The notes under the pieces were generated by a model, which worked only from the letters and a program-made list of their open reading frames with translations, was not told the origin of the DNA and did not search any database. A stretch of 63,853 nucleotides of DNA, counting the filler, from Octopus bimaculoides (taxonomy: Eukaryota): the NCBI RefSeq assembly GCF_001194135.2. It is 8 parts of 8 records of this genome, joined end to end, with 100 filler letters (N's around TTAATTAATTAA, not from the genome) between each part and the next. Parts side by side here need not be neighbours in the genome. Positions count along the whole stretch, not along the records: positions 50,249 to 58,564 come from NC_068983.1; positions 58,665 to 62,039 come from NC_068986.1; positions 62,140 to 63,853 come from NW_026324952.1; 5 more parts are not named here. One strand, 5' to 3'. The position numbers were made by a program, and so were the translations under genes. Below, one piece after another: positions 52,338 to 63,853 of this stretch; the first letter of the stretch is position 1, and each line of letters starts with the position of its first letter.

Positions 52338-53200
52338 GAAGAAAATGGCAGAAGACTGTGATATCCCGAAGAAAATGGCAGAAGACTGTGTGATATCCTT
52401 GGCTCTAGCCTCTTTTCCCTGTATTTTGCTATTGTCCTTACTCATGTCTTCACCTGCGACTGCGTTTCTTTGACATATGACAATATCTCCTTTGTGTGGC
52501 GTTTTGCTTCCAATGTGGAAATATTCCAGTCTCTTATTTGTGATGTCCTTTATGCAGATTATCACGACATCTGCTATTGACATATGCAAATTCTCATGGA
52601 TCATATTTTTTCATCTTGTAAGGCATTCAGATTCATTATTAGTCTGGACAAGACCATCGTAATATACCAAAGTGTCCCACGAGACATGAAACCACCAATC
52701 TTAGTTAACGGAACAGAAATCGAACTAACCGACAAATTTGTATAGCTGGGCAGCAGGTATCTCAGATGTTATTCCTCCTTAGATGAGAAGATATTTCTAA
52801 GGTTTAAGGTACAACCGATTCTTTCAGGGCTTTGAAGTCTCGTGTCTGGTCCCAATATGGTAGCATGAGACAAAAATCGTTGTGCAGCGTACTTGTATAG
52901 TGTGGAACTTCATTTGTGTGAGCGTTAGCCTCTTTACGAGAATAATATAAAAGATTTAGTGTAGAAATGTTCAAGATATTATCTGAATGTTAGCAGGCCC
53001 CTGCTCATCCTGGGAAGAAATTTTTCAATGGAGCCGAAGTGTTGGGCATCAAGGCACACAAGCAGTGTTTACGTTAGACCGGAAACGTTATACAAATGAA
53101 CGATCAGAAGATGTTGTATGGTGAGCACGCATGTAGAAAGTGCGCCCAATAAAAGCCAAAGCTGTTGGTTAAAGACTGAGTTCAGTCATCATTGCATATA
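52338..53200 (+). mobile_element. RTE/BovB-like LINE, 5'-truncated, degenerate RT C-half
   Basis: LFSLYFAIVL, LICDVLYADY, MDHIFSSCKAFRFIISLDKTIVIYQ, KPPILVNGTEIELTDKFV*LGS, FRALKSRVWSQ; ~30-bp tandem duplication at the 5' junction (52338-52399). Confidence 0.85.
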
Positions 53201-53448
53201 TTCGAAATAACTGAAGTAAACTCGGAAGGAAATGCTTTTTAATGCCACGAATAATGTAGACCAATTAAGCAAGCTGTACATAAAAAGAAAAGCTTGTCTG
53301 CAATATTTGTGTTTTTTAAAGTACTTTCGCCTATTTTCAGCTTTTCAAAATCACGTGTGTCTGAAGACAGTGAAAAAGCACTGGCACAAACATTTCCTTC
53401 CATATGGTATGTGTTAACTTGATTTGTTTTAAAGAATTTTTTTATGTA

Positions 53449-53646
53449 CTCTTTTACTCGTTTCACTCACTTGACTGCGGCCACGCTGGAGCACCGCCTT
53501 TAGTTGAACGAATCGACCTCAGGACTTATTCTTTGTCAGCCTAGTATTTATTCTAGCAGCCTTTTTTGCCGAACTGCTAAGTTACGGGGACATAAACACA
53601 CGAACATCGGTTGTCAAGCGATGGTGGAGGGACAAACATAGACACA

Positions 53647-53706
<60 letters not shown>

Positions 53707-53760
53707 NNNNNNNNNNACCATGTGTTTGGGAAGTAAGCTTCTTACCACGCAATCACTTTT
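53449..53760 (-). mobile_element. SINE family A
   Basis: Collinear with 57283-57688; internal (CA)n expansion and gap. Confidence 0.85.
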
Positions 53761-54046
53761 AATTTAAGAAAATATTTTTCAAATTCAAATGCATACACAC
53801 ATATACACACACATACTTGGTTACGTGCGAATATAATGTGCATTGTTTCTGCTCATGAACTGTACAACTGATTTGAGCAAAAAATTTCTATTATAAGATA
53901 TATGATATATTATATAATAGATATATATTATATGGTATATATTTGTATACACACACACATATATCTACACATGCATACGTACACATCGTACCACCCATCC
54001 ACATACACGAACAGGCACACACTTGCGTATACGCACACATCTTACT

Positions 54047-54159
54047 TAATTAGACCTCGGTGACCTTGGCCGTTGGGTATCACGATATACTGTCAACAGC
54101 TCACCCAACACTATTACGGTATGTATGTATGTAACAACTATGTGTGCGTGTGTGTGCGC

Positions 54160-54203
<44 letters not shown>

Positions 54204-54309
54204 CTATAGATACACATGCATACACATTCATTCTTTCTTATAAAAGTACACCAGATGAGGTGAATGTGTATCTTAACTCCTACGGCCCAAATTCACCGAT
54301 GTCTAATTA
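54047..54309. mobile_element. MITE-like element with ~28-bp imperfect TIRs around a (TA)n core
   Basis: taattagacctcggtgaccttggccgt (54047-54073) vs acggcccaaattcaccgatgtctaatta (54282-54309). Confidence 0.45.
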
Positions 54310-54747
54310 GATACGTTAAGGCAGATATATAATAATTTGTAAGATGGCGAAAGCAACGTTAGTATTGTCAATTTAGCAAGAATGTTTCGTTCGTTTGCTC
54401 TGCTGACTGCGCATAGCATTTACAGTGGATCATGTGAGAAGCCAAATGAATGAACTCAGTAGATAAATGGCAAATTATAGTTGAAGTCTTATGGAACCAA
54501 AACCTAATAGTGCTAATAGGCACGGGCACACACACACACACACATGTGCGCGCGCTCACATTGAGATACACTCATATACACAAATCTATATATATTGTGT
54601 TCAAGTTTTCGTTTAAGCATGTATTTAAGTCTTGGCAGTGTTTTCAATGGTTGATTAAAGTGTATTAAGGTTATTTTATGCATGTGGCACAGGTATATCT
54701 AACATTTGATTGTTAGAAATGAAAATCTTCAAAAATAAAGTGTTTTA

Positions 54748-55174
54748 CTGTAAATCCTCGAGTATAATCCGCACTTTTTTCCCAAAATTTAAAGGTCAAA
54801 ATTTTTAGTGCGTACTATATACGAGGTTAAAAATAAAAAAAATATTTTCTAAGCAAAATTTTTAAAGTGATAAATATGTAAAAGCAGTTTACTTAATATT
54901 TATTTTTCACTGACTTTATTACTGTTATTTCTTTATTTTCTGCAAACAAAGTGCACAAAAAACCTACACATTTGCATTATGTTATATATACAATGATAAT
55001 AAAGGACGTTACCGCATATACGTTTACAAACCAAGGACGTTATATAGACCTCCTTGACTCAAGTTAGAGAAGGGGGGCGTATTATACAAAAGGTTTAGGT
55101 CTTTCAGAGGTACAGCCCCCTAAAAATTCCCTGCGTATTATACTCAAGGGCGGACTATACTCGAGGATTTACGA
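54748..55174. mobile_element. Tc1/mariner/pogo-type MITE, 427 bp, TA target duplication
   Basis: TIRs c(t/c)gtaaatcctcgagtata(a/g)tccgc at both ends; TA at 54746-47 and 55175-76; no ORF. Confidence 0.9.
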
Positions 55175-55945
55175 TATATGTAACAAATACGCCAAACGCT
55201 CATAACACAGATGAGATATTGCATAGTCATAAATCACAAACACAGATAGTATGCTACAAAACCACTGAAGTTAAAAATAAAAGAAAAATAAATTCCCTCT
55301 TATGATAGCCTGTGAGCATACGAACAAGCAATTAATCGATGAATGTGATTCACAGTGTATCGCAGTCGGGAAATTTGTAAAATTCCAGACTTCAACTGTT
55401 TGTATTGGCTTACATGCATGGCATGAAAGTTCTTGTGATCTAGCACTTACAACTTAGTACTAATTACAATGCACTACAGCATACATCACGGAAAGAACAG
55501 GAAAGGAAAATACTAGTAAAAGATACTAGTACAATACTAGTATTATACAGAGAACCGCCCACAAATGTTGCTGATTAATGATAGAAGCAATACTCATAGA
55601 ACAACTAAAATGCTACATTATTTACATTATTTACATGCGTGCGCGCGCTCGTTTCTGTGTGTGTGTTTGATTTTCGAGCCCTTTTACGCCTCTTCCATGT
55701 CATTTTAATCCCTTCTACCTTCTGACTATCGCTACTTCCCCCACTTCTGAGCATCCTCCATCTACCTCTTACACTTCATCCTGTTAAGATTTAAGTCCTT
55801 AAGTCGATGCAGCGAATGTAAATGTTTTTATTGCTCAGAACCTATCCTGGTTGAAGTGATTTCACTGCTGACTTCTTTAAGCACACTCAACTAATCTATT
55901 GTACAGACTAAATATATACCTGTCTATCTATCTATCTATCTATCT

Positions 55946-56005
55946 TTTTTTTTCTTCCCGCGATCCCTTTTGATCGAAATTATCCCCCCCCCCAAGAAAA
56001 GCTCT
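55946..56005 (+). mobile_element. Short 3'-UTR fragment similar to the Tx1-like LINE at 32.7-33.4 kb, directly after (TATC)n
   Basis: ccccccaagaaaagctct matches ccctcccaaaaagaaaagctct at ~33285-33308; the rest lies in the N gap. Confidence 0.5.
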
Positions 56006-56648
56006 NNNNNNNNNNNNNNNNNNNNNNNNNNNNNNNNNNNNNNNNNNNNNNNNNNNNNNNNNNNNNNNNNNNNNNNNNNNNNNNNNNNNNNNNNNNNNNN
56101 NNNNNNNNNNNNNNNNNNNNNNNNNNNNNNNNNNNNNNNNNNNNNNNNNNNNNNNNNNNNNNNNNNNNNNNNNNNNNNNNNNNNNNNNNNNNNNNNNNNN
56201 NNNNNNNNNNNNNNNNNNNNNNNNNNNNNNNNNNNNNNNNNNNNNNNNNNNNNNNNNNNNNNNNNNNNNNNNNNNNNNNNNNNNNNNNNNNNNNNNNNNN
56301 NNNNNNNNNNNNNNNNNNNNNNNNNNNNNNNNNNNNNNNNNNNNNNNNNNNNNNNNNNNNNNNNNNNNNNNNNNNNNNNNNNNNNNNNNNNNNNNNNNNN
56401 NNNNNNNNNNNNNNNNNNNNNNNNNNNNNNNNNNNNNNNNNNNNNNNNNNNNNNNNNNNNNNNNNNNNNNNNNNNNNNNNNNNNNNNNNNNNNNNNNNNN
56501 NNNNNNNNNNNNNNNNNNNNNNNNNNNNNNNNNNNNNNNNNNNNNNNNNNNNNNNNNNNNNNNNNNNNNNNNNNNNNNNNNNNNNNNNNNNNNNNNNNNT
56601 ATATACATACATATATATATATATACATCTTACAACTTTACTTTGTTA

Positions 56649-56705
<57 letters not shown>

Positions 56706-57129
56706 GCACACGCACATATATATATATATATGTATGCATCTGTGCATGTATGCGTGCGTGCATGCATGCATGTGTGTATATATGTATGTATGTATTTCTG
56801 AATATATGAAAACCATGATCGACCGACATAATATGGCACGAGATGGGATGATAGCCGTAAGTTATTCTAATTCTACCACTAGAGGGCAGTGTGTCTATGG
56901 TGATGACGCGTAACACTGAACACCATATGGTGCCACTAAATCTCAATAGATATCACTGGATGGAAATTCTCCCTTGCAGAAAGCACTAGAAATTCTGTAA
57001 TAAACTAATATTTTGCTCAAGGACACCAGCTTACCCCACCCCCGGCATGAGAATCGAAACCGCCTTAATCACTAGGCCGCACATCTTAACAGCTAAAACA
57101 TATATGCAATGAATAATCATATCTGAGTA

Positions 57130-57720
57130 ATTATTCTTTCTACTAAAGGAACAAGGCCTGAAATTTGGGCGCGGGGTTTCTAGTCGATTACATCGACCCT
57201 GTGCTCGACTAGAACTTATCTTATCTACCCTGACGGTAGATGAAGGGCAAATTTGACCTTCGCAAAGCATTTTGGATGATGTACTCTTTTACTCTTTACT
57301 CTTTTACTTGTTTCAGTCATTTGACTGCGGCCATACTGGAGCACCGCCTTTAGTCGAGGAAATCGACCCCAGGACTTATTCTTTGGAAGCCTAGTACTTA
57401 TTCTATCGGCTTCTTTTGCTGAACCGCTAAGTTACGGGGACGTAAACACACTAGCATCGGTTGTCAAGCGATGTTGGGGAGACAAACACAGACACACAAA
57501 CACACACATATATATACATATGCATATATACGACGGGCTTCTTTCAGTTTACGTCTACCAAATCCACTCACAAGGCTTTGGTCGGCCCGAGGCTAGAGTA
57601 GAAGACACTTGCCCAAGATGCCACGCAGTAGGACTGAACCCGGGACCATGTGGTTGGTAAGCAAGCTACTTACCACACAGCCACTCCTGCGAGTTAACGA
57701 TTCTGCCAGCTCGCCGCATT
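57130..57720 (-). mobile_element. SINE family B (57130-57275 plus head 57693-57718) split by a SINE family A insertion
   Basis: B tail and body on the left; B head ttaacgattctgccagctcgccg on the right. Confidence 0.65.
57283..57688 (-). mobile_element. SINE family A, full length (best copy)
   Basis: Minus strand begins aggagtggctgtgtggtaagtagc (A box), gggttcagtcc (B box), then cttgggcaagtg (CORE-like); ends in an (AGTAAAAG)n-like tail. Confidence 0.92.
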
Positions 57721-57919
57721 ATGCAACCGGGTAATAATAGCTTTTACACTACAACCTTTTAAAATTGTAGACACAGCTCATGCAACCTAGTTTGGGAATG
57801 GCAGAGAGTGATTTCGTTCATTCGAGTTCTAGTTTATCTTAATCAGCGCAACAGCTTGCGTTCTCAGCCGTTGTTTTTCTAACTGAATTCTTCTAGATCA
57901 CAATTGCTCCTGTGTAATG

Positions 57920-58010
57920 CACTCTATCATTTCTCTCTCGTCTCTCTATTGTTTCTCTATCATTTCTCTCTCATCTCTCTATCGTTTCTCTATCATTTCT
58001 CTATCGTTTC
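57920..58010 (+). repeat. CT-rich minisatellite (~33-bp unit)
   Basis: tctctatcatttctctctc(g/a)tctctctat(t/c)gtt repeated. Confidence 0.75.
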
Positions 58011-58664
58011 TACTCCTCTCCACTGAGAATTGTATAAAGAGCTTTTATTTTTATGATGTAAGCATCGTATACGTTGTAAAAGTCTCGTATATGTCGTCGT
58101 GTGTCATATCATCGAAATAAACTTTTGGTGAACCGTGTAAAGCGACCAAACTTTAATTTTTGTTTCTGGTCAGTTCGCTTCAATTCACCAATGCCATTAA
58201 TACCATTAAAATGGCATGAACGATGAAATCTTTTCTTAGATTAAGAAGCAAAAATGATTTTAGGTCTTCTGGTTAAATAAGAAATCGATATCACTTTTTG
58301 TCATGAACATTAGAAAATATTACAAAACACATTTATTACTCTGGCTAAATCGGAGGTTATGTATGAAATAAGCTCTTCGAAACGCCGGTGTTAAAACGGG
58401 GGTAGCTGATGAAGGAGAATGTTCTCTATATGGCTTGTGTGTTTTCTCGTCTACGTTTTGTTTGCAATGTCCTGTACCCAGATATGCACCTATACATACA
58501 GGTGGATGTCGGTATGCACATACCTGTACGTATATGTGCATATACTCATTTACTATTTGTTTATNNNNNNNNNNNNNNNNNNNNNNNNNNNNNNNNNNNN
58601 NNNNNNNNTTAATTAATTAANNNNNNNNNNNNNNNNNNNNNNNNNNNNNNNNNNNNNNNNNNNN

Positions 58665-58733
<69 letters not shown>

Positions 58734-58934
58734 TCTGTGTGTGTGTGTGTGTGTGTGTGTGCATGTGGGTGCGTCTGTATGTGTCTTTGTGGCCGTGAAT
58801 GTCCTTCCTTCCTTCCACCACCGCTGTTTGTGTGTTTCCTTTTCCGTATCTTAGCGTTCCGGCAAAAGAGAACGATAATATAAATACCAGGGCTGAAACA
58901 AAGAACCAGGGATCGATAAATTCGACTAAAACAC

Positions 58935-59325
58935 TTCGAATGTCGTGCCCAAGCATGGCCGCCGTTCCGGGTTCAGTCCCATTGCGTGGCAGCCTGGGCA
59001 AATGTCTTCTAATATAACATCGGACGTACCAAACCTTGTGAGTGGATTTGGTAAATGGAAATATATATATATATGTATGCATGTATGCATGTATGTATGT
59101 ATGTATTTATGTATGTATGTATAGGTTTGCCTGTGTTTGTCCCTTCAGCATCGCTTTACAACCAATGTTGGTGTGTTTAAGCACCCGTAAAATAGCGGTT
59201 CGGCAAAGTGACCCATACAATAAGTACTAGGCTTACAAAGAATAAGCCCTGGGCTCGATTTGTTTGAATGAAAGGCGGCTCTCCAGCATGGCTGCAGTCA
59301 AATTACTAAAACAAGTAAAAGAATA
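58935..59325 (+). mobile_element. SINE family A, diverged
   Basis: gttccgggttcagtcccattgcgtggc...gggcaaatgtcttct...aaggcggctctccagcatggc...aaacaagtaaaagaataa. Confidence 0.8.
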
Positions 59326-59929
59326 AATGAGTAGAAGCATATATATTTGTGACTGTGTTTGTGTGTGTGTGCTTGTGCGTGCGTGTATATTTTGTGTGCT
59401 TGTGCGTGCGTGGACGTATATTTATATTTCGTTTTCTATCTCATATGTGTTCAGAATTCTGGCCGATAAATGTCATACGTATCTAATTTGATAATCCAAT
59501 GTAAGTTTGGCATAATACCATTCCACTATAGTGAATTGGCATGCGTCTCAAATTCAGTGGATTCTATCAAATTTTAAGCAAATTTTATAGTTTAGGCGAA
59601 ATATGTCTGCGACGTGTTTTATCTTTTTAAGGAAACTGTATTGCAGCTATTGTGATTACAAATTATCGGTGATGGTAAAATGAGCATTTTACGCTCAGTG
59701 TACTAAACAAAATTCCTCCTAGATGCTTTATATTTCTATCAAGTTTTGCTGAACGATGCTTGCAAATTCATTCGCCACTATCAGTCGGCAATGAGAACAA
59801 CAAACTGAGGAAAAAATTTCTTTTATTGCTTAATTGCGGTGGTTAATCTCAAAACAGTCCTCTTTTATTGGTATAAGGAATCTCAAAATATATGAATATA
59901 TATCAGTACATATGGGTGCGTGTGCACAA

Positions 59930-60074
59930 CAAAAGGATGTATTAGTTTAACGCTCGGGAATACAGAAAGTCTTTAACGTTTCGAGCTACGCTCTTCAACA
60001 GAAAGAATACGGAGAAAACAAGGAGAAAAACACGGAGAAAAAAAATTGAATGTTTTGGTCAGCGATCAAATATA
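59930..60074 (-). mobile_element. Probable Penelope pseudo-LTR/3' terminal fragment with hammerhead-like core
   Basis: Minus strand: T-rich tract, then tcttt-CTGTTGAA-GAGCgtaGCTC-GAAACGTT-aaaga. Confidence 0.45.
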
Positions 60075-60482
60075 NNNNNNNNNNNNNNNNNNNNNNNNNN
60101 NNNNNNNNNNNNNNNNNNNNNNNNNNNNNNNNNNNNNNNNNNNNNNNNNNNNNNNNNNNNNNNNNNNNNNNNNNNNNNNNNNNNNNNNNNNNNNNNNNNN
60201 NNNNNNNNNNNNNNNNNNNNNNNNNNNNNNNNNNNNNNNNNNNNNNNNNNNNNNNNNNNNNNNNNNNNNNNNNNNNNNNNNNNNNNNNNNNNNNNNNNNN
60301 NNNNNNNNNNNNNNNNNNNNNNNNNNNNNNNNNNNNNNNNNNNNNNNNNNNNNNNNNNNNNNNNNNNNNNNNNNNNNNNNNNNNNNNNNNNNNNNNNNNN
60401 NNNNNNNNNNNNNNNNNNNNNNNNNNNNNNNNNNNNNNNNNNNNNNNNNNNNNNNNNNNNNNNNNNNNNNNNNNNNNNNNNN

Positions 60483-60526
<44 letters not shown>

Positions 60527-60538
60527 TGTGTGTGTGTA

Positions 60539-60760
60539 CAGAAATGCCTAGACTATCACGGGTTTTACGTTCCAAAACCTCCGCAATAGGTGAAAATCCG
60601 TAAAGAAGAAAGAGTACTGTACTGTATGTATTTTAAAAATCATTTTGATAATTTTTATATATTCATTACCATGTAAATGCAAAACATGAACACAGAGGAA
60701 TCGAAGCAAGCTTAAATAAGAAACCGCGATAGGTGACCCGCAATATGGTGAGAGATTACT
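60539..60760. mobile_element. pogo/Tigger-like MITE, diverged
   Basis: ta|cagaaatgcctagactatcacgg at the left vs ccgcaatatggtgagagattactg at the right; internal repeat of ccgc(a/g)ataggtga. Confidence 0.5.
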
Positions 60761-61321
60761 GAATACCAATATGCACACAGAAATACGCACGTGTAAAAGA
60801 TGTGTTCGTGCCTCCGTGTGTCTGTGTGCCTGTGTACGCACACACGTGACAATCTGGACACAACTTGTATCAACATACATAAAGCAGAACCAGAAAAATT
60901 AAATAAATGTTACGAAAGAAAAATAAAGAAAAAAATGCTAAGCGTTAAACAGAGATCATTTGAACCTACATTTAGTTGTAATTTTAATTCTCTTCACACC
61001 AGTTTAACGTTGTCCAGAACGATGAGTCATAAAATTGTCTTATCTGATTTGATGACCCAACGTAAGTTTGGCACTAAACTATCACTCTATCTCATGCTTA
61101 TTGGGTTGGCGCGTATCTCCTATATATTACATGCTATCAAGTCTCACTGGAAATTATTTGAAATTTCAGGCTGATACTTGCATGGATTTCACATAAAAAT
61201 CCCCTTAGTTACGGCAACTATTTCGCCTTCCGAAAACAACACATCGGTACACTCTCAGATGTATGCCGCGTTTTCCATTGTTATTATTATTATTGGTTGT
61301 CTTGTTTAAGACGAGCATATA

Positions 61322-61333
61322 ATCTTCTTCTTC

Positions 61334-61365
<32 letters not shown>

Positions 61366-61455
61366 CTTCTTCTTCTTCTTCTTCTTTTTCTTCTTCTCCT
61401 CCTCCTCTTTTTCTTCTTTCTTCTTTCCTTCGTTTCTTCTTCTGCTGCTGCTGCA

Positions 61456-61515
<60 letters not shown>

Positions 61516-61525
61516 ACTACTACTA

Positions 61526-61602
<77 letters not shown>
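61322..61602 (+). repeat. Compound (TTC)n/(CTA)n/(CTG)n trinucleotide tract
   Basis: Direct inspection. Confidence 0.95.
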
Positions 61603-61603
<1 letters not shown>

Positions 61604-62254
61604 ACTTCCTCATCTCTTTTTTCCTCCGAAAAATCTATTCATGTATCTGTGCCATACCGTTTAAATATTTCTGTGGCCCCAATTAATTAAACCTAATCTG
61701 ATCGACAGTCTTTCGATTAATAAGTTTAAGAATATTCTTTCTGGAAAAAGAAGTTTGGTAGATACAGTTAAGAATCGCAACAACCGACATTCATAAATAA
61801 TACGCGTTTGTATTGCATGAGATTCAGTGTACGTCTACCAGGATTCAGTCTTATTTCAAGAGAAAGAACAGGTTTTGTTTTTCTTTTAGCTTAGGTTCAA
61901 CACAGCATTTTTGTATGTATGGATGTATGTATGCATGTGTGTATATGAATATATGTATGTATAGACACACACGCACAGACACACGCACACAAACACACAC
62001 ACCCACACACACATACACACACACACACACACACACATANNNNNNNNNNNNNNNNNNNNNNNNNNNNNNNNNNNNNNNNNNNNTTAATTAATTAANNNNN
62101 NNNNNNNNNNNNNNNNNNNNNNNNNNNNNNNNNNNNNNNATATATATATCGTAACTGTGTCCCTTGTTCTCTGTTTGTTTGTTTGTTTGTATTTTTATGT
62201 CTTTGTTGCCGTACACATTCGCTACCTTTCTTACAAAGGGAACCACTAATGTAG

Positions 62255-62500
62255 TCTACTCTTTTTCTTTTACTTGTTTCACCCGTTAGACTGCGGCCAT
62301 GCTGGAGCACCGCCTTGAAGAATTTTTAGTCGAATGTATCGAACCGGTACTTATATTTTTTTTAAACACTAGTACTTATTCTCTCGGTCCCTTTTGCAAA
62401 CCTCTAAGTTACGGGGACGTAAACTTGCTAACTGCATTTGTCAAGCGGTACTGGGAGACAAACACAGACACACACACAGATACATACAAACATATATATA
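62255..62500 (-). mobile_element. SINE family A, 3' part
   Basis: ttttacttgtttca...ctgcggccatgctggagcaccgcc...taagttacggggacgtaaac. Confidence 0.8.
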
Positions 62501-62650
62501 TATATATATGAGCATTTTAACTCTTATTACTAGCAAGCAGGTACTTCGTGTACCCTCTATTATAATTATAAATTAATTATAAAATGTATATATATATATA
62601 GGAAGGTATTGTAGTTCGCTTGAAGCATTGTGTATTGTTTGTGAAATATG

Positions 62651-63068
62651 ATGTGTCGTGAATGGCACAACAATGCACTATAATAACAATAATGGACTAT
62701 AATTAATCATAATAACTATAGTTAATCAAAATAACAATAATTAATCATAATATGATTAATAGAAAGATAAATTTTATTCAACGCAGAAAAAAGGATTTAA
62801 AAGCAGAAAAAAGGATTTAATCCTTTATATCTATACTGTTCAGTATCTATGCGTTGAATAAAATTTATCTTTCTACTTGTTCTACCATACATTTCAGCGC
62901 TTCGAAAGCAAACTTGTTTGTTTACATACGGTATAATATAATTAATCATAATAACAATGGACTGTTATAATTAATCATCCACATCAGACTATGGATGATG
63001 AGATTATAACAGTTATTGTAGTCCATTGCTGTTACTATAGTGCATTGTTGTGCCATTCCAAGCACATT
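62651..63068. mobile_element. Outer MITE-like element (23-bp perfect core, ~40-bp imperfect TIRs)
   Basis: gaatggcacaacaatgcactata (62660-62682) is the exact reverse complement of 63036-63058. Confidence 0.7.
62760..62875. mobile_element. Inner 116-bp MITE, 26-bp perfect inverted termini including TA
   Basis: tagaaagataaattttattcaacgca (62760-62785) / tgcgttgaataaaatttatctttcta (62850-62875). Confidence 0.85.
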
Positions 63069-63094
63069 ATATATATTGGTTGGCCCAAGGCAAT

Positions 63095-63165
63095 AGTGAA
63101 AGTAAAAGACACTTGCCTAGTGGGACTGAACCCGGAACCATGTGGTTGGAAAGCAAGCTTCTTAC
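63095..63165 (-). mobile_element. SINE family A head fragment
   Basis: gacacttgcctagtgggactgaacccggaaccatgtggttgg..gcaagcttcttacc. Confidence 0.75.
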
Positions 63166-63464
63166 CGGCGAAAAAAGTGAGAGCTAGACGTCTGTGTTTA
63201 ACAAAAAAGATGTCCTCCGCTTTGCCAAGCAAAAGGATACACCATCTTGTGTTCACAACCTGATGTTCTTTCATTAGACTTCCTGTCAGAACACAAAATG
63301 GTTTCCGAAAAAGACAAAGACAAAAACAAAAATAAAATAAAATAATAAATAGCAAATAATGAAAAAGATTTTGCAAGCATCAGCTTTCTTTAAGCATTTC
63401 TTTTTATAAGTGATTATTTTTTTTATTACTGTTCTTTTTATTGTCATTATTTTTTAATGCTACA

Positions 63465-63465
63465 G

Positions 63466-63503
<38 letters not shown>

Positions 63504-63599
63504 GATGGTGGTGGTGGTGGTGGTGGTAGCAGTAGTAGTAGTTGTTGTTGTACAAGGAGGAGGAGTAATAGTAATAGCAACAGAAGCAGCAGCAGTAGC

Positions 63600-63652
<53 letters not shown>

Positions 63653-63660
63653 ATGATGTT
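63465..63660 (+). repeat. Compound (GTA)n/(GGT)n/(GCA)n trinucleotide tract
   Basis: Direct inspection. Confidence 0.95.
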
Positions 63661-63853
63661 GTTGCTCTTGTTGCAGTTGTCCGTGTAGTTGTAATCATTG
63701 CTCAATCCTCAATGAGATCTAATAGAACAGAACAATGATCAAAGGCGTTCCAGTCGTGACCATTCCATCTTTCTTTTGTAAGTCAAAGATTTAAATCAAA
63801 AAGTGAACCTTTATTATTTTATTATTATTATTATCATTATTATTATTATTATT

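Noticed and set aside
61205-61686. Poly-E/L/T/A/V/R ORFs (also at 63441-63738 and 46213-46884)
   Set aside because: Pure trinucleotide microsatellites open in several frames, with no unique coding flanks.

Overview
AT-rich, microsatellite-dense eukaryotic DNA. The SINE families and (TA/CA/TATC/TAA)n load match my recollection of Octopus-type cephalopod genomes (inference, no database search run). The assembly is gappy, and seven 100-bp artificial joins (44 N + TTAATTAATTAA + 44 N) make long-range synteny uncertain. No intact, recognisable host protein-coding gene is visible, and almost all listed ORFs are microsatellite or N-gap artefacts. The window is mostly transposon relics: a TIR-to-TIR degenerate Tc1, a mariner 3' half, a Merlin/IS1595-type (ISXO2-like) transposase relic inside ~0.9-kb inverted arms, Penelope-like GIY-YIG/RT relics, RTE, L2/CR1, L1/Tx1 and R4/Dong LINE fragments, several MITEs, and many copies of two tRNA-derived SINE families. 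The most interesting unexplained structure is a minus-strand cluster (22.9-25.8 kb) of 18-44-nt exon-like segments with good splice sites, carried on tandemly duplicated intron units; this may be a micro-exon gene or lncRNA, with a possible first exon near 29.0 kb. Other leads: a Tx1-like LINE apparently targeting (TATC)n, a 114-bp templated insertion with an 18-bp flanking duplication, two hammerhead-like motifs, and a SINE piece with inverted tails.
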